Sequence record: PP724615.1
DNA from: Escherichia phage HK6
Direction: 5' to 3' (one strand)
DNA: 64,000 nt
Under the pieces are notes generated by a model. The model worked only from the letters and a program-made list of their open reading frames with translations. It had not been told where the DNA came from and made no database searches. This document shows positions 34,021 through 42,435 of the stretch, piece by piece (the stretch's first letter is position 1; every line of letters begins with the position of its first letter). A program made the position numbers and the translations under genes.

Positions 34021-34981
34021 TGCTGATCATCATATTAAGCTGGGCCAAGATAAGATACCAAAAGAATGGCAGAAGCGTCGCTTCCTGATGCTAGGAGAAC
34101 GGTTAAATGATATATTCCATAGTCATAACTGTGATCTTCATATTGCTGGTGGTGATATACTTGATGTTGCCGACCCGTCGTCAGAAGAAATAGAACTGCT
34201 TGAACAGTTCATGTCAAGACTTGACCATCCAGGCAAAATCTTTACTGGAAATCATGAAATGTTAACGAAAACCATTTCATGCCTATATCATTATGCAGGA
34301 GTTATTAATAAAGTAACGAGTGGGAAGTGGGAAGTAATTACCAAACCATATCGTTCCCCTGAGTTTGATATTGTTCCATATGACGAAATCCATAAATCCA
34401 AATGGAAACCATCTGAATCAAAACTATGTTTCACACATGTTCGTGGTGAAATACCTCCACATGTAAAACCAGAAATTGATCTAACTAAGTACAACTGTTA
34501 TGATACTGTAATTGCTGGCGATTTACATTCTTATACTAATAGCCAGACTATCGGATCCACTAGACTTCTCTACCCAGGGTCTCCATTAACTACATCGTTT
34601 CATAGAGAACGCACAAAAGGTACAAATGGTTGCTTTATCATTGATACCGACACATTAAAAGTAGAATGGATTGAACTCGGTGATTTACCACAACTGATTC
34701 GTAAAACAATCGGAGCGGGTGAAGAGATGGAACCTAGTGATTATGATCGTGTAGTCTATGAAGTTACTGGTGACGTTGTTCAATTAAAGTCTATTAAAGA
34801 CTCTGATTTATTAGATAAGAAGATTAACCATCGAGTTACTAAAGATGCTAAGTTAAATCTTGTTGATCTTGATATGTTAGGTGAACTTGAACTTTACTTC
34901 CGTGAAGTCGAGAAGCTATCTCAAGGAGACATTGATAGAATCTTAGCTAGAGCTGCGAAATATGTCAAAGATTACAATTAA
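34004..34981 (+). CDS. SbcD/Mre11-like nuclease (D12-like)
   Basis: Phosphoesterase motifs 'ILFSADHH', 'GGDILD', 'GNHE' and 'GDLH'. 325 aa. Overlaps the HNH 3' end. Confidence 0.8.
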   Translation: MKILFSADHHIKLGQDKIPKEWQKRRFLMLGERLNDIFHSHNCDLHIAGGDILDVADPSSEEIELLEQFMSRLDHPGKIFTGNHEMLTKTISCLYHYAGVINKVTSGKWEVITKPYRSPEFDIVPYDEIHKSKWKPSESKLCFTHVRGEIPPHVKPEIDLTKYNCYDTVIAGDLHSYTNSQTIGSTRLLYPGSPLTTSFHRERTKGTNGCFIIDTDTLKVEWIELGDLPQLIRKTIGAGEEMEPSDYDRVVYEVTGDVVQLKSIKDSDLLDKKINHRVTKDAKLNLVDLDMLGELELYFREVEKLSQGDIDRILARAAKYVKDYN

Positions 34982-36800
34982 GACACTAAAATTTAGTAAC
35001 GTTATGTCTTACGGTAAGGACATCGTAATTCATTTCGATAAGAATCCAGTTACTCAACTAATTGGTGGCAATGGGCTAGGGAAATCCACCATCGCTACTG
35101 TTATTGAAGAACTATTCTATAATAAGAACTCACGTGGTATTAAGAAGGATGCTCTGTTCTCTTGGTCTACTCCGAAAAAAGAGTACGATATGCACGCTTA
35201 CTTCTCGAAAGATGAAGATGAGTACGAACTACATAAAGTAGTTAAATCAACTGCTAAAGTAACTCTTATTAAGAATGGAGAAGATATTAGTGGACACACG
35301 GCAACTCAAACATACAAGATGATTGAGGAGATTATGGGAGGTGACTTCCAAACGTTCACCAAACTAATTTATCAATCAGTGGGTTCCAATCTAGACTTTC
35401 TAAAAGCAACAGATGCAACACGTAAGGCTTTTCTTGTTAACTTGTTCAATCAAGAACAGTATAAAGAAATGTCAGAAACTATTAAGGCTGACCGTAAAGA
35501 AATAGCAAATACCTTAAATAATTTGCAGGGCCAAATGGCTGTAATTACGAAAATCCTTAATGGAAAGAATAATCTAGGAACTCTACAGGAACCTGTAGAA
35601 GTACCCGAGTTTGATGAAGAGCCATTAGCACAAGAACTTACTGAATCGAAAATTAAGGCGGCATTAGCCAAGTCTCAAGAGGCTAATATTACTAAATTGC
35701 GTAATTTGGACAAAGCTGTACAAGTTGCCGAACAATCTTTCGAGCCTTTCAAAAATTTGCCTGCGCCCACTGACCAAAATGAAGAGATCTCGAGTGTTAC
35801 GCGTGACCTAACGATTGTGACCTCACGTGCGGGCGAAGTCAAGAAACGTTATCAGAAGTTCAAGCAAGAAGCTTCAAATACTGAATGTCCTACTTGTGGT
35901 ACTCATCTGGATACAACTGCTGCTCAAAAAGCAATGGATATGGCTAGAACAGAATATGATCCTCTGTTCAAAGAGAAGCAATCTCTTGAAGCTAAGTTAG
36001 AACAGTTGAAGAAAGAACAACTTGAATACACTGCATATATTAGAGCAAAGGATGCTTTGGATAAAGCAGTGATAGCTAGAGACGAGTTCAAAAATTCAAT
36101 GAGTGATGCTTCTTTTGAAGAACTCAATGTGCAAATCCTACAGGTGCAAATCCGACAATTAGAACAGGAAATCGCTGATGGCCGTTCTAAGGTTGCAATT
36201 GCCAAAGAGCATAACGCAAATGTTGAATTAGCCAATGCAAAATATAAGGCGAAACTAGAACAGATTGAGAAAGCTGAGGCAGAACTGTCTGAGATTACTT
36301 CCAAACTGGATGAAGTATCAGAAGCTGTTGCTGATCTCGATATTCTGATCGCCGCATTGAAAAATCTGGTAGGGTATAAGCTAGAGCATAGTGTGAAAGT
36401 ATTTGAAGAGCTTATCAATAAATACCTTTCCATTATGACTGGTGGTAAGTTCGCACTTGGATTTGAACTTGATGAAACAAAATTACAAGTAGTAATCTTC
36501 AATGATGGAAATCGTACTAGTATGGAGAATTGCTCTACTGGTCAGCAAAGTAGAATCAATCTAGCAACTCTGTTAGCTATTCGAATGCTACTAACATCTA
36601 TTAGTAAAGTTAATATTAATCTTCTATTCCTTGATGAAGTAATTAGCTTTATTGATACTAAAGGACTTGACACTCTTGTTGAATTATTAAATGAGGAAGA
36701 AAGTCTAAATTCTATCATTGTTTCTCACGGGCATACGCATCCATTGGCTCATAAGATTACTGTCAAAAAAGATGCAGAAGGATTTTCCTACTTAGAATAA
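34962..36800 (+). CDS. SbcC/Rad50-like ATPase (D13-like)
   Basis: Walker A 'GGNGLGKST', long coiled coil with CxxC zinc hook 'ECPTCGT', signature 'STGQQSR' and Walker B 'LLFLDEV'. 612 aa. Confidence 0.85.
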   Translation: MSKITIKTLKFSNVMSYGKDIVIHFDKNPVTQLIGGNGLGKSTIATVIEELFYNKNSRGIKKDALFSWSTPKKEYDMHAYFSKDEDEYELHKVVKSTAKVTLIKNGEDISGHTATQTYKMIEEIMGGDFQTFTKLIYQSVGSNLDFLKATDATRKAFLVNLFNQEQYKEMSETIKADRKEIANTLNNLQGQMAVITKILNGKNNLGTLQEPVEVPEFDEEPLAQELTESKIKAALAKSQEANITKLRNLDKAVQVAEQSFEPFKNLPAPTDQNEEISSVTRDLTIVTSRAGEVKKRYQKFKQEASNTECPTCGTHLDTTAAQKAMDMARTEYDPLFKEKQSLEAKLEQLKKEQLEYTAYIRAKDALDKAVIARDEFKNSMSDASFEELNVQILQVQIRQLEQEIADGRSKVAIAKEHNANVELANAKYKAKLEQIEKAEAELSEITSKLDEVSEAVADLDILIAALKNLVGYKLEHSVKVFEELINKYLSIMTGGKFALGFELDETKLQVVIFNDGNRTSMENCSTGQQSRINLATLLAIRMLLTSISKVNINLLFLDEVISFIDTKGLDTLVELLNEEESLNSIIVSHGHTHPLAHKITVKKDAEGFSYLE

Positions 36801-36803
36801 AAC

Positions 36804-37286
36804 ATGGCTGTAGATAGTAGAGAGAAAGGTAAACGTGGTGAATATCAGGTAAGAGATATTTTACGTGAACGTACAGGTCTTGAGTGGGAACGTGTTCCTG
36901 GTTCTGGTGCTTTTGGCCAGAGCCATGGACTAAAAGGTGACATCTACCTTCCACCACAAAGCGGACACATTAGTAAATACTGCTTCGAAGTTAAGTGGTA
37001 TAAAGATGACGCATTATCAAGTAATTTATTTAATGTTGGTGAATCCACTCTAGAGAAGTGGTGGCAGCAGTGCTCACGTGAAGGTGAGCAGATGAACTCC
37101 AAACCTGCATTAATATTCAAAAAAGACAGAGGACAGTGGTTAATAGCTTTGGATAGCTCAGACCCGATGGTTGACAACTTAATGAGTCGTACCCATATGG
37201 TGTTAAATAAGAAAGACATGGAAATCGTAATTGGTTTATTTGAGCCGTGGCTACATCATGCATCTGTTGAGGACTTAATTAAATAA
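36804..37286 (+). CDS. PD-(D/E)xK-fold nuclease, putative (D14-like)
   Basis: 'LKGDIYL....CFEVKW' fits a D...E.K nuclease motif, with basic N-terminal 'REKGKRGE'. 160 aa. Confidence 0.4.
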   Translation: MAVDSREKGKRGEYQVRDILRERTGLEWERVPGSGAFGQSHGLKGDIYLPPQSGHISKYCFEVKWYKDDALSSNLFNVGESTLEKWWQQCSREGEQMNSKPALIFKKDRGQWLIALDSSDPMVDNLMSRTHMVLNKKDMEIVIGLFEPWLHHASVEDLIK

Positions 37287-38161
37287 TGAGTAAATCCTGG
37301 GGAAAATTTATTGAAGAAGAGGAAGCTGAAATGGCTTCCCGTCGTAACCTAATGATTGTCGATGGAACTAACTTAGGCTTTCGCTTCAAGCATAATAATA
37401 GTAAGAAACCATTTGCCTCAAGTTATGTTTCCACTATTCAATCTCTTGCAAAATCTTATTCTGCTAGAACTACAATAGTTTTAGGGGATAAAGGGAAGTC
37501 AGCATTCCGCTTAGAGCATTTACCTGAGTATAAAGGGAACCGAGATGAGAAATACTCGCAGCGTACGGAAGAGGAGAAAGCGTTAGATGAGCAGTTCTTC
37601 GAGTATTTGAAAGATGCTTTCGAGTTATGTGAAACTACATTCCCAACTTTCACTATTCGTGGTGTAGAAGCAGACGACATGGCAGCTTATATTGTTAAGC
37701 TCATCGGGCATCTATATGATCACGTTTGGCTAATTTCTACCGATGGTGACTGGGATACCTTATTAACTGATAAAGTTTCTCGTTTTTCTTTCACAACGCG
37801 TCGTGAATACCATCTTCGTGATATGTATGAGCATCATAATGTTGATGATGTAGAGCAGTTTATCTCTCTGAAAGCAATTATGGGTGATTTAGGGGATAAT
37901 ATCCGTGGTGTCGAGGGTATCGGGGCAAAACGCGGGTATAATATTATTCGTGAATTTGGTAACGTTCTGGATATTATTGATCAGCTTCCACTGCCTGGAA
38001 AACAGAAATATATACAGAATTTAAATGCTTCGGAAGAACTGCTTTATCGAAACCTAATTCTGGTTGATTTACCTACCTACTGTGTGGATGCTATTGCTGC
38101 TGTAGGTCAAGATGTATTAGATAAGTTTACAAAAGATATTTTGGAGATTGCAGAACAATGA
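37286..38161 (+). CDS. flap endonuclease / 5'-3' exonuclease (D15-like)
   Basis: PIN-like N-terminus 'LMIVDGTNLGFRF', 'ISTDGDWD' and a C-terminal HhH 'GVEGIGAKRG'. 291 aa, the same length as T5 exo. Confidence 0.85.
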   Translation: MSKSWGKFIEEEEAEMASRRNLMIVDGTNLGFRFKHNNSKKPFASSYVSTIQSLAKSYSARTTIVLGDKGKSAFRLEHLPEYKGNRDEKYSQRTEEEKALDEQFFEYLKDAFELCETTFPTFTIRGVEADDMAAYIVKLIGHLYDHVWLISTDGDWDTLLTDKVSRFSFTTRREYHLRDMYEHHNVDDVEQFISLKAIMGDLGDNIRGVEGIGAKRGYNIIREFGNVLDIIDQLPLPGKQKYIQNLNASEELLYRNLILVDLPTYCVDAIAAVGQDVLDKFTKDILEIAEQ

Positions 38162-38604
38162 TTAAAATTAAATTAACTCATCCAGATTGTATGCCTAAGA
38201 TTGGTTCCGAAGATGCCGCAGGTATGGATCTACGAGCATTCTTTGGTACTAACCCTGCTGCAGATTTACGCGCTATTGCACCTGGTAAATCCCTAATGAT
38301 TGACACCGGTGTCGCGGTGGAAATTCCGCGAGGTTGGTTCGGTTTGGTAGTTCCACGCAGCTCTTTAGGTAAGCGTCATCTGATGATTGCAAACACCGCA
38401 GGGGTGATCGATTCAGACTATCGTGGAACTATTAAGATGAACCTTTATAACTATGGTTCTGAAATTCAAACTCTGGAGAATTTTGAAAGACTTTGTCAGC
38501 TAGTAGTAGTACCACACTACTCAACTCATAATTTTGAAATCGTTGACGAACTGGGGGAGACTAATCGTGGGGAAGGCGGATTTGGAAGTTCAGGAAGCAA
38601 ATAA
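38158..38604 (+). CDS. dut: dUTP pyrophosphatase
   Basis: Motifs 'AAGMDLRA', 'GLVVPRSSLG' and 'GVIDSDYRG'. 148 aa. Confidence 0.9.
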   Translation: MIKIKLTHPDCMPKIGSEDAAGMDLRAFFGTNPAADLRAIAPGKSLMIDTGVAVEIPRGWFGLVVPRSSLGKRHLMIANTAGVIDSDYRGTIKMNLYNYGSEIQTLENFERLCQLVVVPHYSTHNFEIVDELGETNRGEGGFGSSGSK

Positions 38605-38617
38605 TTTTACTGATCCT

Positions 38618-38830
38618 AATATGATAGGTGTTGATACTAATGCGTCAACTTATCAGATTAAAACTACTGAACCAGAAACGTTTGTGCTAAGAACGGATAA
38701 AGAAGGTAATGTTATTTTCTGGGATCCTGAAGGTTTTGTAGAGCTTTGTACTAATACAGATAATGAGCAGTTAAAATTACTACTAACTATTTATAATCTT
38801 GGCATTATAGAAGGTTGTAGAAGTGAATAA
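38618..38830 (+). CDS. hypothetical protein (~71 aa)
   Basis: Start taken at an internal ATG after the dut stop. The track ORF (38534) overlaps dut. Weak RBS. Confidence 0.3.
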   Translation, partial: NMIGVDTNASTYQIKTTEPETFVLRTDKEGNVIFWDPEGFVELCTNTDNEQLKLLLTIYNLGIIEGCRSE

Positions 38831-38833
38831 CAG

Positions 38834-38870
38834 AAAAAACCCCAGTGGATTTTGTCCACTGGGGTTTATT
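38834..38870. terminator. bidirectional rho-independent terminator
   Basis: ACCCCAGTGGA-TTTTG-TCCACTGGGG hairpin flanked by AAAAAA on the 5' side and TTTATT on the 3' side. Confidence 0.65.
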
Positions 38871-38920
38871 GTACTTAGCATCATAAAACTACGCTAAGTT
38901 CTCTATATTAACAAGTTTAT

Positions 38921-39086
38921 TTACAGGGCTTTAAGTTCTTCAGCGAAGTTACCGCGACCACCCCAACCGTTACCGATCCAGAAACCAATCAAACCACCAA
39001 TTGCATCACCGATACCAGCCGCACCAGCTTCGCTACCAAAGCCGTCACCGCCCAGATTGGTAGGTAAAAGAGTCAAGTCAGACATA
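38921..39086 (-). CDS. Gly-rich small hydrophobic protein (54 aa), not in ORF track
   Basis: ATG preceded by GGAG at -8. Product MSDLTLLPTNLGGDGFGSEAGAAGIGDAIGGLIGFWIGNGWGGRGNFAEELKAL. An isolated gene between two terminators. Confidence 0.45.
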
Positions 39087-39306
39087 AGAAAATCTCCATA
39101 TATGGGTTGTTAGACGGATGTAACCAGTTGGTTACACTGGTAAGTATACTCGCTAACATACTATTTACCATGATATGCGTGTAAATAAATTGTAAATAGC
39201 CTGGCATTGGTACTCCTATAATGCAATGGACGCCATGACTTGAACAAAAGGAGGGAGTTATGTTTAAACGCGGTGCGGTCATAGGTAAGGCGAGAAAGTG
39301 ACAACT

Positions 39307-39339
39307 AAAAAAAAAAAAAAAAGGAGCCAAACGGCTCCT
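39307..39339 (-). terminator. late-operon terminator (hairpin + U16)
   Basis: On the minus strand, a GGAGCC-GTTT-GGCTCC hairpin followed by 16 T, immediately after the tail-fiber stop. Confidence 0.7.
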
Positions 39340-39351
39340 TAATTATTGTGG

Positions 39352-42009
39352 TTATGGCAGATCGTTGTTAACCACATTGCCCTTCAACGCAGCTATCTCC
39401 GCTTTCAAACTATCAATTTCTGCTTTGAGCGCTTGAGTGGCGCCCATCAAGTCCATAATAATAGGGTTAGTATCAATTGAAGGTCTGTCTCGGGTCTTCT
39501 GTGAAACAATTTTCTTCTCGACTTCACGACGAATAAATTTCTGTTCAATGCGTTGTTCTTTGATTTGTTCTGTAATACCAGTTTCGGGGTCGGTATAATC
39601 TACAGTAACCTCTACAGGTACATCCTCGTATATATCCTTATAAACATCCTCGTATACATCCTCATAAATCTCTTCATTGTGCTTCACATATTGTGGGGTG
39701 ACTTTCTCCGATTCTTCTGCAATAATACCAAATCTTATTCTTTCTTGTTCATCATCCTTATAAATAAAAGTGACCATGCGTTGTGCCATGATGCGGTTTA
39801 AAGCATCAATAGGATTACCGTCATTGATCTCCTTTTTATATGCTAAGCCAGATGTTCCTTGCAGTGCAAGGGTTCCGGCAGCACTCGGAAGCCTAATCCA
39901 ATACTCAGGCGAACCTGCTGGGGTATATGTTTGAAATCCATAGCTCCCTACAGTTTCGCTAAATCCAACACGGGTTCGAATAACTCCATTTGCTGCTAAG
40001 TTACAAGCATAAGACGCTGCACCATTGGATCTAAACGTTGCAGCGTCGGTTCCTGCTTCCCCGCCACCTGCTACAATCCGCCCGGTAATATAGGTAGAGA
40101 ACGCAAGTGTAATCCCAGTACCCGCACCCCCAATGATTACCGGAGTAGAATGATACGTGCCATCCTCATTGTAGTAGTAGAATGCATAGGCCCCGCTGGC
40201 AGCATGCCCTGATCGCCATCTTACAGTAGATGGACTGGAAGGTCCAGTATAGGCTGTGTAAGCCGTACCCGCACCCGTCGCTCTAACTAATAGGCTGTCT
40301 TGACTATAGCTCCCAGTTGTCCTGAGCTGACCAACTTCCCCAAATGAATTAGTCTTGTGAGATGGTAGCGTGACTGTTTTAGCTGAAGCGCTGTAGTTAA
40401 AGACAGCATTAGTGCTACTAGTATTATTCTCCTGGAGTCGTATGCTACCGCCATCCATAACCATAACATAGCCAGTTACATCACCTGCGGCGTCAACTTC
40501 TTCAAATTTAATTGTTGGGTTAGCACTCTTGATTAAAAGAGGGTCACTAGCGGTCGCCCCAAATTCTGCATTAAGGTTAAACTTCTGCTTTTTGGTAAAA
40601 GTATTTTCAGCACCAAGTCTAGCTATGCTGGAAGGGTCCATTGAATCCACATACCCTTTCGCACGGTTAGCTTCCTCTGTTGCTAGGGTAGCTTTCTGCC
40701 CTGCGGTTGTAGCGCTGCCTGCGGCTGCTGTAGCTTGTTTCACCGCTTCGGTTGCACTAGCACCCGCTTGAGTTGCAGAAGCTGCGGCAGCGTCTTTTAG
40801 TGGGGTTATTGCATTAATTGCTTCCGTCTTAGCTGTATTAACTTCTTTGACTGCGTCGGCTTTAGCTGTTGCGACTTCAGTCAACGCGGAGTCTTTAATT
40901 GCTTGAGTATCTGTTTTTAACTGAGTAACGTCAGCCTTAATCTGAGTAACTGTAGCTACAGCAGCGTTAGTTGTGTTAGCAGACCCCGCCGCGTCAGCTT
41001 GTGCTTGTCTAGCAGCCTCTTCACTAGCTTTTGAGTTAGTTTCACTAGCTTTTGAGTTAGTTTCTGAATTTTTTGCTGCAGCAGCAGCAGCAGTAGCCTG
41101 CGTAGCGAATATTTCTGCCTCATCCCTGAATCCTTTGGAATCAGAAGCAGATGCAGCACTACTAGCAGCGTTAGTTTCTGAAGTTTTAGCTGCGGAAGCG
41201 GATGCAGCAGCGTTAGTTTCTGAAGCTTTTGCAGCTGCAGCAGAAGCAGCCGCAGCCGTTTCTGAGGTTTTAGCCGCTGAAGCAGAAGCAGACGCAGCAG
41301 TTTTGCTACTATTAGCATTAGTCTCAGAAGTTTTAGCCGCTGTTTCACTAGCTTTTGCATTAGTCTCAGAAGTTTTAGCTGCGGTTTCACTAGCTTTTGC
41401 GTTGGTTTCTGAAATTTTTGCTGCTGTTTCACTAGCTTTTGCATTAGTCTCAGAAGTCTTAGCAGCTTTAGCACTGTTAGCAGAAGCAGTAGCAGAAGAA
41501 GCAGAAGCAGTAGCAGAAGAAACAGACTGAGCTGCAGAAGAAGCAGACTGAGTTGCAGATTGTTGAGAAGATCCTGCGGAAATTTCTGCTTCATTCTCAG
41601 AAGTTTTAGCCGCTATTTCACTTGCTTTTGCGTTAGTTTCTGAAGTTTTAGCCGCTATTTCACTTGCTTTTGCATTGGTCTCAGAAGTCTTAGCAGCTTT
41701 AGCACTATTAGCCGAAGCAGTAGCAGAAGACGCAGACTGAGTTGCAGATTGCTGGGAAGATGTTGCGGAAATTTCAGCTTCATTCTCAGAGTCTTTAGCA
41801 CTTAATTCTGACTGTTTAGCATTAATCTCAGATTGCTTAGCTGCTGCAGCGGATGCTTTAGAGGACTCTATAGCAGAGGTTAGCTCTGCAGCAGTAATGG
41901 AGCTAATTGTATTCCCAAGAACTACAGTGTATTTAGGGTATTTACTTGCAGTTACACTATTTTGGTCCATAGTGACCATTTGTTGTAAAATTATTTTCGT
42001 TATAGCCAT
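39352..42009 (-). CDS. ltf: L-shaped tail fiber protein (pb1/Ltf-like) with C-terminal intramolecular chaperone domain
   Basis: N-terminal '[18 protein letters not shown]', ~10 tandem 'AKTSETNAKASE(T/I)A' Ala-rich repeats, a Gly/Thr/Ser-rich beta region and a C-terminal S74-type chaperone-like domain (...GLAYKKEINDGNPIDALNRIMAQ...). 885 aa. Confidence 0.75.
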   Translation of the reverse strand: MAITKIILQQMVTMDQNSVTASKYPKYTVVLGNTISSITAAELTSAIESSKASAAAAKQSEINAKQSELSAKDSENEAEISATSSQQSATQSASSATASANSAKAAKTSETNAKASEIAAKTSETNAKASEIAAKTSENEAEISAGSSQQSATQSASSAAQSVSSATASASSATASANSAKAAKTSETNAKASETAAKISETNAKASETAAKTSETNAKASETAAKTSETNANSSKTAASASASAAKTSETAAAASAAAAKASETNAAASASAAKTSETNAASSAASASDSKGFRDEAEIFATQATAAAAAAKNSETNSKASETNSKASEEAARQAQADAAGSANTTNAAVATVTQIKADVTQLKTDTQAIKDSALTEVATAKADAVKEVNTAKTEAINAITPLKDAAAASATQAGASATEAVKQATAAAGSATTAGQKATLATEEANRAKGYVDSMDPSSIARLGAENTFTKKQKFNLNAEFGATASDPLLIKSANPTIKFEEVDAAGDVTGYVMVMDGGSIRLQENNTSSTNAVFNYSASAKTVTLPSHKTNSFGEVGQLRTTGSYSQDSLLVRATGAGTAYTAYTGPSSPSTVRWRSGHAASGAYAFYYYNEDGTYHSTPVIIGGAGTGITLAFSTYITGRIVAGGGEAGTDAATFRSNGAASYACNLAANGVIRTRVGFSETVGSYGFQTYTPAGSPEYWIRLPSAAGTLALQGTSGLAYKKEINDGNPIDALNRIMAQRMVTFIYKDDEQERIRFGIIAEESEKVTPQYVKHNEEIYEDVYEDVYKDIYEDVPVEVTVDYTDPETGITEQIKEQRIEQKFIRREVEKKIVSQKTRDRPSIDTNPIIMDLMGATQALKAEIDSLKAEIAALKGNVVNNDLP

Positions 42010-42431
42010 TATTGAGTTACCCCGTCACTAATATAAATTTTACCTTCCATAATACGGAAAGAGCTAGTAGCACTACCAACAGCTGTTCTAGTAATTATAA
42101 CATCGTAGTATCCAGCTAACCTTTGTCTAGGATTATACCTATCCCTTTCTTTGGATGCTTTGGAAGCAATAGTAGTTACGGCATTAACAGGTAAGCTTAT
42201 AGATGCTACACCTTGTCTAGCATCCACAATAGAAGTGGTAAAGGATGCTAAAGTTTCAGCTCCATCTTCTAAGCTACTTTTAATACTTCCTCTAAGAGAG
42301 AAGCCAGTAAGATCTACTGGCTTAGATGTAGCAGGATAAACACTATCATCTACATCCATAAATTGCATAAGTAAACCATAAGGTACGTTTTCGTCTACTA
42401 CTAAATCAATAACTCTATTTTCTGTACTCAT
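42009..42431 (-). CDS. collar/p132-like tail protein
   Basis: 140 aa, the same length and position as T5 p132, between ltf and pb4. Confidence 0.5.
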   Translation of the reverse strand: MSTENRVIDLVVDENVPYGLLMQFMDVDDSVYPATSKPVDLTGFSLRGSIKSSLEDGAETLASFTTSIVDARQGVASISLPVNAVTTIASKASKERDRYNPRQRLAGYYDVIITRTAVGSATSSFRIMEGKIYISDGVTQ

Positions 42432-42435
42432 TATT

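Noticed and set aside
39260-39301. 13-codon + strand peptide MFKRGAVIGKARK with GGAGGGAG RBS
   Set aside because: Too short to support. It lies antisense within an intergenic region, and the RBS-like purine run may be coincidental.
39073-39330. 85-aa minus-strand ORF beginning MAPFFFFFSC
   Set aside because: The poly-Phe stretch comes from translating the A16/T16 terminator tract. It overlaps the start of the Gly-rich mini-gene and has no RBS.
40956-41594. 212-aa (-) and 185-aa (+) ORFs inside the tail-fiber gene
   Set aside because: They are artefacts of the tandem DNA repeat, giving poly-Leu/Ala/Lys translations in alternative frames of the genuine fiber gene.
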